Part shown: positions 18,098-28,039 of the stretch, piece after piece
How positions within the stretch are numbered: the first letter of the stretch is position 1
How the letters are laid out: every line of letters starts with the position of its first letter
Virus record (IMG/VR): IMGVR_UViG_3300048850_000064
Coordinates: 39,743 to 103,742 of that record
Origin: a virus
Lineage: Duplodnaviria > Heunggongvirae > Uroviricota > Caudoviricetes
Strand: one strand, 5' to 3'
DNA length: 64,000 nt
Program-made: the position numbers and the translations under genes
The notes under the pieces: generated by a model
Databases searched by the model: none
What the model was told of the DNA's origin: nothing
The model's input: only the letters and a program-made list of their open reading frames with translations

Positions 18098-20467
18098 ATG
18101 CAAGTTTCCACGATTGCAGAGCTGGACACGCACGTCATCATCGGCGGTGGTGAAGCCAAAGCCTTCGGCATGGATGACTCGCCAGAGCTCTACGCCCTCC
18201 TCTCGGATAAGATCTACCGCGACAAGAAGCGCGCCGCGATGCGTGAGACGATCTGCAACGCCTGGGACGCGCATATCATGGTCGGCAAGACCGACGTGCC
18301 GGTCGAGATCACCGTCACCGATACCGAGATCGAGATCCGCGACTTCGGCCCGGGCATTCCGGACGATCTGATGCATCCGATCTATTGCGTCTATGGCAAG
18401 TCGACGAAGGTGAAGGACGCCAACCAGACGGGCGGCTTCGGCCTCGGTTCCAAAGCCCCCTTCGCCGTGACCGACCATTTCAACGTCGTCAGCCAGCACG
18501 CCGGCTTCAAGACGGTCTACGCCATCTCCCGAGGCGGTGCCACGACTGACGGAAAGCCCGACATGCGGGCAATGGTGCGCGTCCCGACCGATGCGACCGG
18601 GATCACCGTCACGATCCCGCTGCGCGACAAGAGTGCCCGCATTGACTTCGAGCAGCATATTCGCGCCGTCGTGAAGCAGGGCGGTATCCTTGCGAACCTG
18701 AATGGCATTCCGCTGGAGCGCTACGATTATGCCGAGGCGCGCAAGACCGAGTATTGCGTCCTGCCGTCGAGCAATTTCCATGAAGGTAAGGTCTACGTCC
18801 TTTACGGCACTGTCATGTATCCGCTGACGACGACGGACGAAAAGCTGCTCAAGCTCGCTAACGAGGCACTTCATTACACCGGCAGATATGCCGTCCTGGT
18901 GCTGATCGCGCCGCCCAACAGCGTCGGCGTTACACCCTCGCGCGAATCCCTCTCCTACTCCGATCTGACCGACGAGACGCTGAGGCGGCTGCTTACCAAG
19001 GCGCGCAAGCAGCTTGAAAGCGAAATTCCTGCCGCCCGCAAGCGCTATCTGGTGAAATGGATCGAAACGTATGGTCGGCAGGCGCTGAAATGCAATTTCT
19101 CCAGCGCAGGCGTCATCCCGGGAATTCTGTCGACGACGGCGATGATCGCGGACCATGCCGTCATGACGGATGTTCACTCGCACGCTCCCCTGTCCGTCGC
19201 TCGCCGGCAGTTGTGCAAGATCGCCGGCAAGATGTTCCGAGACGATCGCCGCTTCTACCGGCGCGCGATTAAGCGAAACGACACGGCCGCGGAATACAAT
19301 TTCAGGCGCACGGCCATGCCGATGATCCGCATCGCCTCGAAGATGGGCCTGCTGAAGGATCTGATGCTGTTCGATATCTATCGCTACAGCCTCGATCTTC
19401 CTGGCCCCAAGACCAAAAAGATCGGCGAGTTCTTACCCGAGGGTCACGTTTATCCGGTGCTCTGCGTGGCGCGCAACCTACGTGATCTGCGCCCGACCTT
19501 GAGCGGCATCAGGGGTAAGTTCTATGGCCGAGAGGAGAATCATTACATTCCGGGCGTCGTGTTGCGCCAGTGGACGGAGAAGAACCTGAAGACGCTGCGC
19601 GACTTGTGCGACCGCTACAAGATCGAGCTGGAAGTCTATGACTATGAGGAGGCCAAGCGAAATCGGGCGAAGCCCGTTCGGCGCGAAAAGATCGAGGAAA
19701 AGTATATTGCCCTCGAGGCCTACAATCACGGCTTCCGCAATGTTGTGCCGAGCTGCTCCGAGCCCGCTTTCTACATGATGACCTGGCAGCGGGACGATAA
19801 TCCGCGGCTCCCGTTCGATGCACATCTCGTCAAGAGTATCGCGGCGAAATACCCGAACACCGTTCTCATCACGACGAAACAGCAGGAGGAGAAGCTCAAG
19901 AAGATCGGCGTTCGCAACCTCGCAGAGGTCGCGGCTGAGCGCCTGGTCGAACTGACGAAGGTCCGCGAGGTCATCTATGGCGAAGCGATCCGGCATAGTC
20001 GGATGGTCTCGTCAAAGGATAGTATCCACTACAACAGCATCCCGGATGTGGCGCTGAAGCTGTCGAAAATGGACATGCGCCTCGCCAAGCTCCTCTTCCC
20101 GGACAGAGCGACGCCCGGTGACGCGCATAAGGAAGCAGCTCTGCTCTGGGACTTCCTGACCGGCGCCACCTCGCTTTCGGAAGAGACGCAGAAAATCGTC
20201 AACGAGGCGAGGGAAAAGCTTCGCAAGGTGAGTGCCGAAACCTTCAAGCCGGTTCGCGCGTCGGACCTCGAAAAGCGCTTCGAATACCTCGTCGTGCTGC
20301 GCGGCTCGAACATCATCGGCAGCACAAACTACAGCCCCAAAACCAAACTGGCTGACGACCTGATCGAAACGATCAAGTTTCTCCAGCGCCGTCATGCAAA
20401 GTCATTGGTGACTGATCACTCAAAGCCGGCCGTCGTGGTCGCAAACACTCTCAAGGAGGCAGCATGA
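18098..20467 (+). CDS. rIIA-like protein with N-terminal GHKL (Bergerat) ATPase domain
   Basis: N-box ETICNAWDA, G1 DFGPGI, G2 GGFGLGSKA; size ~790 aa. Confidence 0.5.
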   Translation: MQVSTIAELDTHVIIGGGEAKAFGMDDSPELYALLSDKIYRDKKRAAMRETICNAWDAHIMVGKTDVPVEITVTDTEIEIRDFGPGIPDDLMHPIYCVYGKSTKVKDANQTGGFGLGSKAPFAVTDHFNVVSQHAGFKTVYAISRGGATTDGKPDMRAMVRVPTDATGITVTIPLRDKSARIDFEQHIRAVVKQGGILANLNGIPLERYDYAEARKTEYCVLPSSNFHEGKVYVLYGTVMYPLTTTDEKLLKLANEALHYTGRYAVLVLIAPPNSVGVTPSRESLSYSDLTDETLRRLLTKARKQLESEIPAARKRYLVKWIETYGRQALKCNFSSAGVIPGILSTTAMIADHAVMTDVHSHAPLSVARRQLCKIAGKMFRDDRRFYRRAIKRNDTAAEYNFRRTAMPMIRIASKMGLLKDLMLFDIYRYSLDLPGPKTKKIGEFLPEGHVYPVLCVARNLRDLRPTLSGIRGKFYGREENHYIPGVVLRQWTEKNLKTLRDLCDRYKIELEVYDYEEAKRNRAKPVRREKIEEKYIALEAYNHGFRNVVPSCSEPAFYMMTWQRDDNPRLPFDAHLVKSIAAKYPNTVLITTKQQEEKLKKIGVRNLAEVAAERLVELTKVREVIYGEAIRHSRMVSSKDSIHYNSIPDVALKLSKMDMRLAKLLFPDRATPGDAHKEAALLWDFLTGATSLSEETQKIVNEAREKLRKVSAETFKPVRASDLEKRFEYLVVLRGSNIIGSTNYSPKTKLADDLIETIKFLQRRHAKSLVTDHSKPAVVVANTLKEAA

Positions 20468-21915
20468 GCAAGCTCCGAATTCTCGGCGCGATAACTTCGA
20501 ACTCCGGCGTCACCCTCTATCTCGAGGACGGCTCGGAGCTGAACTTGCCGAAAGACACGCAGCGCACCAAGGAAATTCTCGACGATATGGTCGAGGCGCT
20601 GAATCGAAAGGAATATGTCGAGATCGACACCTCGACCTTCTCGATCGAAAAGACGATCGAGGAAAAGACCAACGGCGTCGTGAAGTTCGTCCGCGGCAGG
20701 CTCTCGCAGCTCAAGGCGATGTTCGGCGGCAAGGCCGAAGAACCGAAGATGACGACCGTCGTGCTCGGCGTTGTGAAGCCGTCGGCTGATCCCGTCGCGC
20801 CGATCAACCACACACCGGTCGGAACGCCGGTCGCTCCGGTTGTTCAGCACCACTACGAGCCGGAAGAGTTGCACGCTGTCGTCAACGACAAGGTGATCCC
20901 CGGCGTCGAGGCCCTCACGCCCTATATGGACGCGATCAACAACGGCGAGGACGCCATCGGCTTCCAGAAGTTCATGGAGCGCATCGCGACCGTGATCGAC
21001 AAGCGTTCGCACTCGATCCAGGAGCTCCTCAACTTCATGCGCAATGGCGATCTGCCGATCGCTGATGATGGCTCAATCGTCGCTTACAAGGTGCTTCAGA
21101 GTGCACCGAACGGCTTCGTCGACTGCCACTCGAAGAAGGTGACGCAGAAGCTTGGCTCATTCGTCCAGATGGACGAGAAGCTGGTCGATCCCAATCGGCG
21201 CAACGAATGCTCGACCGGCCTGCATATCGCCCGGCGTGCCTATCTCAGCGGCTTCGGTGGCGACATCATCACACTGGTCAAGGTCGCTCCGGAGGACGTC
21301 ATCGCGGTCCCGCCCGGTGAGCCGAATAAGATGCGCGCCAAGGGCTACCATATCGTCGCCGTTCTGCCCGCAGAGGTCCACCCGACGCTTCGGCAGAACA
21401 AGCCGATGACCGGCAACGAAAAGGCGTCGAAGCTCCTGGCTGACGTCGTGAAGGGCAATCACACGCCGATCCTCGAATACGTCAACATCGGCGCAGCGAT
21501 GGGCGGGAAGGTCACCGTCACGCCGGTTGAAGGCGCGAGGAAGCTGCCGCGCGCGGCCGTTGGCACGTCCGGCGAGCTGAAGGCCCTCGATGACCGGCCG
21601 GTCTCTCCTGCCGAGGCGCCTGTCGAGGTCTCGATCAAGGAGCTGCGCAAGCGCGTCAGCGAGGCGGCCGCGACCGGCGACCTGAGTGCCGCGATCAATG
21701 CGCCGGCGGCTCCCGCCAAGTCCAAGAAGGCGTCGAAGCCGAAGGTCGAGAAGAAGGCTACTGCACCGAAGCCTGTCGCCGAAGCGTCGAAGCTGCCCGA
21801 CAACCACGTCACGGCGCTGGAGATGCGCAAGCAGGGCCTCTCCAACCGCGAGATCGAGCGCCAGCTCCACATCTGCCGCAAGACCCTGAAGAAGCTGTTC
21901 GACAAGCACGGCTGA
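20464..21915 (+). CDS. Hypothetical protein with C-terminal HTH (possible rIIB-like partner)
   Basis: ATGA-coupled to rIIA-like gene; C-terminal LSNREIERQLHICRKTL helix-turn-helix-like. Confidence 0.4.
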   Translation: MSKLRILGAITSNSGVTLYLEDGSELNLPKDTQRTKEILDDMVEALNRKEYVEIDTSTFSIEKTIEEKTNGVVKFVRGRLSQLKAMFGGKAEEPKMTTVVLGVVKPSADPVAPINHTPVGTPVAPVVQHHYEPEELHAVVNDKVIPGVEALTPYMDAINNGEDAIGFQKFMERIATVIDKRSHSIQELLNFMRNGDLPIADDGSIVAYKVLQSAPNGFVDCHSKKVTQKLGSFVQMDEKLVDPNRRNECSTGLHIARRAYLSGFGGDIITLVKVAPEDVIAVPPGEPNKMRAKGYHIVAVLPAEVHPTLRQNKPMTGNEKASKLLADVVKGNHTPILEYVNIGAAMGGKVTVTPVEGARKLPRAAVGTSGELKALDDRPVSPAEAPVEVSIKELRKRVSEAAATGDLSAAINAPAAPAKSKKASKPKVEKKATAPKPVAEASKLPDNHVTALEMRKQGLSNREIERQLHICRKTLKKLFDKHG

Positions 21916-21978
21916 TCCCACGCGAGCACGGTGGGGCGCGATAGCGCCCTACCCTCACCCACTGGAGCACAAGAACCC

Positions 21979-22680
21979 ATGAACGTCATGAACACCCTCA
22001 ACGGCGCCTCCCTCAAGATCGAGGAGCGCAAGCTCACCGATCGCCACGGTCGCCAGCGCGTCGGCAACTACATGCATTTGTCGAACGGCCGGAAATTCTT
22101 CCCGTTCGATCCGCGGCCCGACGAGGTCGACATCGAGGTCATCGCTCATCACCTGGCCTGTAACGGCCGCTGGCAGGGCGCGACGCAGCACAAGCGCTTC
22201 AAGAGCCGGATCTTCATGTCCGTCGCCGAGCATAGCGTCTATGTGGCGCGCTACGTCGCCGAGGAGCTCGGCCGGCCTGACCTCGAGCTTGAGGCGCTGC
22301 TGCACGACGGCTCCGAGGGATATATCGGCGATCTCATCCGGCCGCTCAAATACTCGCCCGAGTTCCGCGCGCCGTTCTTCGCGGTCGAGGAGATCAACGA
22401 GAAGGTGATCGGCAGTCGCTTCAACCTGATCTACCCGTTCCCGAAGGAGATCAAGCGCGCCGACGAGGCGGTGACCGAGGCTGAGCATCAGCAGATCATC
22501 TTCCGGCATCCCGAGGAAGAATGGGAAAGCGGCTTGCTGCACGAGACCAAGGTCTGCGCGCCCTACGACATCCAGATGCTGGATCCGTTCCCGGCCAAGG
22601 AGTTCTTCCTCGAAGCCTATTACCGCATCATCGCGCAGCGCGAAAAATACCGTTCGCTGCCGAGCGACTTCCGCGTCTGA
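21979..22680 (+). CDS. HD-domain phosphohydrolase (YfbR-like 5'-deoxynucleotidase)
   Basis: H...LLHDGSEGYIGDL HD motif. Confidence 0.6.
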   Translation: MNVMNTLNGASLKIEERKLTDRHGRQRVGNYMHLSNGRKFFPFDPRPDEVDIEVIAHHLACNGRWQGATQHKRFKSRIFMSVAEHSVYVARYVAEELGRPDLELEALLHDGSEGYIGDLIRPLKYSPEFRAPFFAVEEINEKVIGSRFNLIYPFPKEIKRADEAVTEAEHQQIIFRHPEEEWESGLLHETKVCAPYDIQMLDPFPAKEFFLEAYYRIIAQREKYRSLPSDFRV

Positions 22681-22683
22681 TCG

Positions 22684-22709
22684 CGCTATATAGTCAGTCA
22701 TGAGTGACG
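22684..22709 (+). promoter_or_regulatory. Promoter/operator signature (GCGCTATATAGTCAGTCATGAGTGAC)
   Basis: Read directly. Confidence 0.5.
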
Positions 22710-22957
22710 TAACGAAAGCATTAGAGAACGACGACTGGCCTGCGCTCACTGAGGAGCTTACCCGCAAGGGAGCGCAGGCCCTCGAGAAGTGGCTGGCGAA
22801 GCACGACGAGGGCAAGATCACCGACCGCGAACTCTACATCGTGGTCGACGCCCTCTGGGACACAATGTCCGGCCTTTGCGAACGAGCCTTCCTGCGCACG
22901 CTGGAAGCCATCCACCAAGAACTGAGGACGAAAAATGGAAAGCGCAAACGCTCTTAA
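22700..22957 (+). CDS. Hypothetical protein
   Basis: 85 aa. Confidence 0.5.
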   Translation: MSDVTKALENDDWPALTEELTRKGAQALEKWLAKHDEGKITDRELYIVVDALWDTMSGLCERAFLRTLEAIHQELRTKNGKRKRS

Positions 22958-23294
22958 AGTCGCCATCTATTCCGACATTGAGGCCGCGGAGAACGCTCTG
23001 AGGGAGGCGCAACGTTCCTATCTGAAGCGCTTCGGCTGGACGCAAACTTGCAACACGCCGGGTTCCTTCTGGCTCTGGATGCGCGATTTCGCCGCGGAAG
23101 ACAAACAGCGGCACGCCTGGTGGAAGAAGGCCAGCGCCGATCTCGCCGAGCTGCGCAAGAGGGGCCGCACGACACGGCGTCCGCCGAGCGAACCGAGACC
23201 CTACGGCGTGATCACGGCCGATACCGAGATGGCCGTGCAGATGACGGTTCGCACGCTCGACGACCAGTCGGAGCTCGCGGAGCGCGAGGAATGA
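22935..23294 (+). CDS. Hypothetical protein
   Basis: 119 aa. Confidence 0.5.
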   Translation: MESANALKVAIYSDIEAAENALREAQRSYLKRFGWTQTCNTPGSFWLWMRDFAAEDKQRHAWWKKASADLAELRKRGRTTRRPPSEPRPYGVITADTEMAVQMTVRTLDDQSELAEREE

Positions 23295-23860
23295 ACTTCG
23301 TCCTGCCCAGCGGCAAGTTTGACAAGGACCGGTGGATCAAGAGCGCGCTCAAGGCGAAGTATCTGATCTGCGAGGAAGACGGCACGATCTGGCGCCGGAA
23401 GTTCGCTTCCGCCGACGGAAAGCGCATGTCGGCCGAGGTCGTTCGCGTCAAGCCGCGCATTCATAAGAAGTCGGGCCGGGTCTATTTCAACATGACCTGG
23501 CTCGGCGTCACCAAGAGCGTGCTCGTCAACCGGGTGATCGCCTGGGCCTTCATTCCGAATCCGCTCAACCTGCCGCAGGTGAATCATATCGACGGCGATA
23601 AGGAGAATAACGCCTATCGGATGCCCGACGGTCGCATCCAGCTCGAATGGTCGACGGGCGGCGATAACGAGAAGCATGCCCATCGCACCGGCCTCAAGAG
23701 CGGCCGCGGCTCGCAGAACTCCAACGCCAAGCTGACGGCCAAGGATGTGCTCGAGATCCGCGCATCCGACGAAGACGACGCCACGATCGCCAAGCGCAAG
23801 GGCGTCGCCCGATCAACCATATCGAACATACGCCGAGAGAGGACGTGGACACACATATGA
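23291..23860 (+). CDS. HNH homing endonuclease
   Basis: VNHIDGDKENN HNH motif; ATGA overlap. Confidence 0.7.
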   Translation: MNFVLPSGKFDKDRWIKSALKAKYLICEEDGTIWRRKFASADGKRMSAEVVRVKPRIHKKSGRVYFNMTWLGVTKSVLVNRVIAWAFIPNPLNLPQVNHIDGDKENNAYRMPDGRIQLEWSTGGDNEKHAHRTGLKSGRGSQNSNAKLTAKDVLEIRASDEDDATIAKRKGVARSTISNIRRERTWTHI

Positions 23861-24204
23861 CCGACATTTTCGTATTTGGCTCAAACCTAGCCGGCCGTCA
23901 TGGCGCCGGTGCCGCGAAATTCGCAATGATGCGCCACGGCGCCATCTACGGCGAAGGCGTCGGCCTGCAAGGCCGCAGCTACGGCATTCCGACCAAGGAT
24001 GCCGCGATCCGCACCCTGCCGCTGCCGGCGATCGAGCAGTATGTCTGGAATTTCATCGAATTCGCCAAGGCCCGGCAGGACTTGACCTTCTACGTCACGC
24101 CGATCGGTTGCGGCCTCGCCGGCTACAAGCGCGAGCAGATCCGCCCCTTCTTCGAGAATATGCCGGCCAACTGCCGCTTCGCTGAAACTTGGGACGAGGA
24201 GTAA
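23857..24204 (+). CDS. Hypothetical protein
   Basis: ATGA overlap; conserved-looking FVFGSNLAGRHGAGAA segment of unknown family. Confidence 0.5.
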   Translation: MTDIFVFGSNLAGRHGAGAAKFAMMRHGAIYGEGVGLQGRSYGIPTKDAAIRTLPLPAIEQYVWNFIEFAKARQDLTFYVTPIGCGLAGYKREQIRPFFENMPANCRFAETWDEE

Positions 24205-24211
24205 GTCAGCA

Positions 24212-24430
24212 ATGACTGCACGTCTGGATCTAGGCCAAATGGCAGCGGAAGCCGGCGCATCCCGCTACGAGATCGTCCGTCAAAAGAAGCACATCATCGT
24301 GGACTTCCATTTTGCGGATATCGCCCCAGTCAGGGTGACGGTCTCCTCGTCCAATTCCGATCACCGTGGCTACAAGAACACGCTGGCCTGCCTCAAGCGG
24401 GCGGCCAAACAAAAGCGGGAGTTGCACTGA
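24212..24430 (+). CDS. Hypothetical protein
   Basis: Start codon lies inside palindrome AGTCAGCAATGACTG (24204-24218). Confidence 0.45.
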   Translation: MTARLDLGQMAAEAGASRYEIVRQKKHIIVDFHFADIAPVRVTVSSSNSDHRGYKNTLACLKRAAKQKRELH

Positions 24431-24714
24431 TGGCTTTTGGAGCACGGCAAGAGCAAGGCGTCTGGCGCATCTGTGAGCGCAAGGGCCGGACGATCAAGCA
24501 TATCAGCGAAAGACGGTGGCCCGATATCGAGGTGAAGTTCTCCGGTCGTGCGGCCGCGGAACGCTGCGCCCATGCGCTGAACGAAACCTGGTGGGAACAC
24601 TACGCCAGGAAGCGGCAGAAGACCGACGACGCCCATGTCGCCTGGGGCATGACCCAGATCATCCTCGAACACGGCGGCATCACGATGGATGAGTTTCAGA
24701 GGATGACGGCATGA
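24430..24714 (+). CDS. Hypothetical protein
   Basis: 94 aa. Confidence 0.45.
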   Translation: MAFGARQEQGVWRICERKGRTIKHISERRWPDIEVKFSGRAAAERCAHALNETWWEHYARKRQKTDDAHVAWGMTQIILEHGGITMDEFQRMTA

Positions 24715-24932
24715 GTTTCGAGGCAAAAATAACGGACAAGAAACTCACGTGGTTCGACGCGCTTGTCGCGCAGGGTCACACGCCGGTTCTCAACGAATGC
24801 GGCGATCTGGATGTCTTCGTCTGCAATGTCGGCCATCACAACGGTCCCGGCTGCTCGACCTGTCATTGGGACGACTGCTGGCACTGCCTCAAACCCACCG
24901 ATATTCCCAAATGCAAAGGAGAAAAGGCGTGA
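24711..24932 (+). CDS. Cys/His-rich small protein
   Basis: CGDLDVFVCNVGHHNGPGCSTCHWDDCWHC. Confidence 0.45.
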   Translation: MSFEAKITDKKLTWFDALVAQGHTPVLNECGDLDVFVCNVGHHNGPGCSTCHWDDCWHCLKPTDIPKCKGEKA

Positions 24933-25474
24933 TCATCGCCGGATTCGACACTGAAACTACCGGCCTCGAGCCAGGCGATCACCGCGTCATCGAGGTCTAT
25001 ATCGGCCTCTGGAAAGACGGCAAGCAGGTCTACGAATATGAGCGCCGCGTCGATCCGCAGCGCGCCATTGCAGCCGACGCCCAGCGCGTCCATGGCATCA
25101 GCTATGCGGACCTCGCCGGCAAGCCGACATTCGACGTGATCGCGCCGGACGTCCAGAAGGTGTTGGCGAAGGCCGACGTCTTCGTCGCCCACAATGCCAG
25201 CTTCGATATAGGCTTTCTCGATTTCGAGCTCCGCAAGGCCAAGCTGGCGCTCCCGAAGCGCACCGTCATCGACACCTTCACCGAGGCTGTCTGGTCGACG
25301 CCCGACGGCAAGAAGCCTAGCCTCAAGGAATTCTGCTTCGCCTGTGGCGTCGACTACGACGAGACCCGTGCGCACGCCGCTTCCTACGACGTGCGCGTGA
25401 TGATGGATGCGTTCCACAAAGCATTGCGGTGGGGCTATCTGTCCATTCCGACGGCCGCTGCAGTAGCCGCCTAA
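24929..25474 (+). CDS. DnaQ-like 3'-5' exonuclease (DEDDh)
   Basis: Exo I GFDTETTGL, Exo II VAHNASFDIGFL; GTGA overlap start. Confidence 0.7.
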   Translation: MIIAGFDTETTGLEPGDHRVIEVYIGLWKDGKQVYEYERRVDPQRAIAADAQRVHGISYADLAGKPTFDVIAPDVQKVLAKADVFVAHNASFDIGFLDFELRKAKLALPKRTVIDTFTEAVWSTPDGKKPSLKEFCFACGVDYDETRAHAASYDVRVMMDAFHKALRWGYLSIPTAAAVAA

Positions 25475-25574
25475 AGCCATGAGTTACCAGCCGAGTTCCA
25501 AGACTGCTTTTGCTATATCGATACTGTGAACAGCAAAGCGCAACGGCGCACGATACACGAAGGAGTGAAGTAAC

Positions 25575-26342
25575 ATGGCCGGAACTGCAGTAGCAACCAA
25601 GACGAAAACTGTCGCTGAACCGGAAGTCCTCGAGTCCATCCTCGACGACCTGGATCTCGATGATCTTCCAACCGAAATCGAGGCGCTCGACGAGGCCGTC
25701 GAGGAGGTCATCGTCGATGACGCCGAAGTCCTCGAGCATGAGGAGCTGCGCGACCTCGAGCTCGCCAGCGTCCGCGACGAGGCCTATGAGGAGCAGGAGT
25801 CGAAGGTCGACACCGCTGCTTCCGTAACCGAGACGACCGAGGCTGCCAAGAGCGCCAAGACGACGAAGGTCGTGAAGGCCAAGGCTGCCGGCGTCCCGCG
25901 CACCCCGCGCGTCGATCTCGCCTCTATGGATGCGTTCAACTTCATCCTCGAGGGCGACGCCGATTCCATGTCCGACGCGGACAAGGACGCGGCCAAGACC
26001 GCGACGCTGGCGCTGATGCCGAAGCAGAAGAAGATCGCCGAGAAGTTCGAGAACCTCTTCCAGGCGTTGAGCGCCGGCAAGCTGCCGTCGGTCTACGTGG
26101 TCCAGGCCTTCAAGCTGCTCGACAGCAAGAAGACCATGTCCTCGGCCGATCTCGTCGCCCACTTCAAAGGCTCTTACAAGCAGGGCACGGCGATGAGCCA
26201 GGCGGGGCAGATCCTCAACCTGTTCGACACGGTCAAGATTGCGACCCGGTCGAAGAACTCGCTGACATTGAATGCCGACAGCGTGCTCGCCGCGCGTATG
26301 CGCAATGCGATCGCCGCCTACGAGGCGAAGAAGGCCGCCTGA
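25575..26342 (+). CDS. Highly acidic hypothetical protein
   Basis: 255 aa, D/E-rich N-terminal half. Confidence 0.5.
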   Translation: MAGTAVATKTKTVAEPEVLESILDDLDLDDLPTEIEALDEAVEEVIVDDAEVLEHEELRDLELASVRDEAYEEQESKVDTAASVTETTEAAKSAKTTKVVKAKAAGVPRTPRVDLASMDAFNFILEGDADSMSDADKDAAKTATLALMPKQKKIAEKFENLFQALSAGKLPSVYVVQAFKLLDSKKTMSSADLVAHFKGSYKQGTAMSQAGQILNLFDTVKIATRSKNSLTLNADSVLAARMRNAIAAYEAKKAA

Positions 26343-26483
26343 TCATTCAATACTGAAACCCGCGGCGCCTCCCACCCGAGGCGTCGCATTTGAAGACCTC
26401 TGGTGAGCATTGTTTTGGTGACTTGTTTCACCTATGTTTCTGCAACCGTGCGGCGAAGGTGCCGTCATTGATGGATATTAGAA

Positions 26484-27359
26484 ATGGCTAATCGAGCGCC
26501 CACTCTTAAGGTCAAGCAGACCCTAACCAGCATCGTCGAGAACACACCGCTTTCGCAACCGCGCAAGGTAGCGGATATCGGCATCTCCGATGACGGCCGC
26601 GGCGTAAATAAGCTCTCGTTGAGCGGCGCCGACGCGTCCCTCTTCGAGATCCGCGGCAACGGCCTTTACCTGAAGGCGGGTGTGAAACTCGACTTCGAGA
26701 CGAACCCGTTCCTTGACGTCAAGATTGTGCTCGATGATCGTTCGATTGGGCGCGGCGCCGAGGCGACGAAATCGCTCAGGATCAGTGTTGCCGATCAGAT
26801 CGAGAAGTTCGGCACTGCCGGGAATGATAAGATGACCGGCACTTCCAAGGCCGATTATCTGGATGGTCGCGCGGGCAATGACGTGATCGACGCCGGCGCC
26901 GGGAACGACACGCTGATCGGTGGAACTGGTAATGACACCCTGATCGGCGGAGCTGGCGCCGACCGGCTCACCGGTGGGTCTGGCGACGACACCTTCGTCT
27001 TCAAGTCCATCACCGACTCGGCGAACGGCTGGTCAGGCTACGTGAATAATGTGGCCTATGGTCCTGCCTCTGGCGAAGGCTACCGCGACGTGATCACCGA
27101 TTTCGGTGGTAACGACCGTATCAGCCTTTCGGCGATCGACGCCAATACCAAGGTCGCCGGCGATCAGGTCTTCTCCTGGAAGGGGCTTGGCTCGTTCACG
27201 CGTAAACCCGGCGAGCTGATCTACAAGAAATTCGATGCCTCTGGCACGGCCAACGACAAGACGATCGTCTATGGCGATGTGAATGGCGACGGCCGCGCGG
27301 ATTTCCAGATCGAGCTGACCGGCTTAAAGACCCTCGATTCCGGCGACTTTTTCTTCTGA
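26484..27359 (+). CDS. RTX-type calcium-binding repeat protein
   Basis: Tandem GGxGxDxL nonapeptides (GTAGNDKMTG...GAGNDTLIGGTGNDTLIGGAGADRLTGGSGDD). Confidence 0.6.
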   Translation: MANRAPTLKVKQTLTSIVENTPLSQPRKVADIGISDDGRGVNKLSLSGADASLFEIRGNGLYLKAGVKLDFETNPFLDVKIVLDDRSIGRGAEATKSLRISVADQIEKFGTAGNDKMTGTSKADYLDGRAGNDVIDAGAGNDTLIGGTGNDTLIGGAGADRLTGGSGDDTFVFKSITDSANGWSGYVNNVAYGPASGEGYRDVITDFGGNDRISLSAIDANTKVAGDQVFSWKGLGSFTRKPGELIYKKFDASGTANDKTIVYGDVNGDGRADFQIELTGLKTLDSGDFFF

Positions 27360-27421
27360 TGTCGGAGGGAGCTATCTCCCTCCATTTTTCAACAGATACC
27401 ACCCGCTTTCCGAGCTCGCTT

Positions 27422-27457
27422 TTGCTATAACGCATATGTCAGTCAGTGATGACTGTA
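27422..27457 (+). promoter_or_regulatory. Promoter/operator signature (TTGCTATAACG + GTCAGTCAGTGATGACTGTA)
   Basis: Read directly. Confidence 0.55.
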
Positions 27458-27479
27458 TGAGACACAAGGAGATAGAGGG

Positions 27480-27854
27480 ATGGGAGCTTGCAGCTTCTAC
27501 AGCTACGTCGAGCGCAAGGGTAAGCCTGCCGGCTTTAACGAGCGTGTCGAGCGCGGCGTTAAACATCTGACTAAGCGATACGAGAACTGGCCGAATACCC
27601 AAGAGGCCTTCCGGCACGCCCGCGATGAGGCTGCGCACGAAAGCGGCCACGGCGGCTACAGCGGCACGATCGCCGAAAAGAACGACTTCACACGGATCAG
27701 CAAGGTTGCGAGCAAAGCCGAGGCCTACGAGCTGGCGAGCCGCATGATCGAGAACGACGACAGGCGCATCGCTGACAAATGGGGTCCGGCTGGGTGCATT
27801 GAGATTGCCGGCGACGAAGGTGGCTGGCTGTTCTTCGGCTTCGCATCGTCATGA
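27480..27854 (+). CDS. Hypothetical protein
   Basis: 124 aa. Confidence 0.5.
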   Translation: MGACSFYSYVERKGKPAGFNERVERGVKHLTKRYENWPNTQEAFRHARDEAAHESGHGGYSGTIAEKNDFTRISKVASKAEAYELASRMIENDDRRIADKWGPAGCIEIAGDEGGWLFFGFASS

Positions 27855-28033
27855 GCCCGGATTTCATCCAGTCGCTCACTGCACAAAGCGACAAGGCGAC
27901 GCGCGACCTGCACCGGAGCAATTCGGAGCAGGCGCTGCAGGCAATCATCGAGCTGATGCTCACCGATCATTCGACGGAAGAGGTCGTGGCGCGCTTGCGC
28001 GGCTGGGCCGACTACCTCGACGACCGGCACTAG
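27851..28033 (+). CDS. Hypothetical protein
   Basis: ATGA overlap. Confidence 0.4.
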   Translation: MSPDFIQSLTAQSDKATRDLHRSNSEQALQAIIELMLTDHSTEEVVARLRGWADYLDDRH

Positions 28034-28039
28034 GAGACC

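Noticed and set aside
18050-19183. 377-aa minus-strand ORF
   Set aside because: It is antisense to the rIIA-like GHKL ATPase gene and has a low-complexity R/G/D composition.
21157-22067. Minus-strand ORFs of 254 aa and 202 aa
   Set aside because: They are antisense to the 20464-21915 gene and show GC-rich artefact composition.
25323-26162. 279-aa minus-strand ORF
   Set aside because: It is antisense to the acidic 25575-26342 gene and composed of poly-Arg/Gly/Leu translations of the GAG/GAC-rich sense strand.
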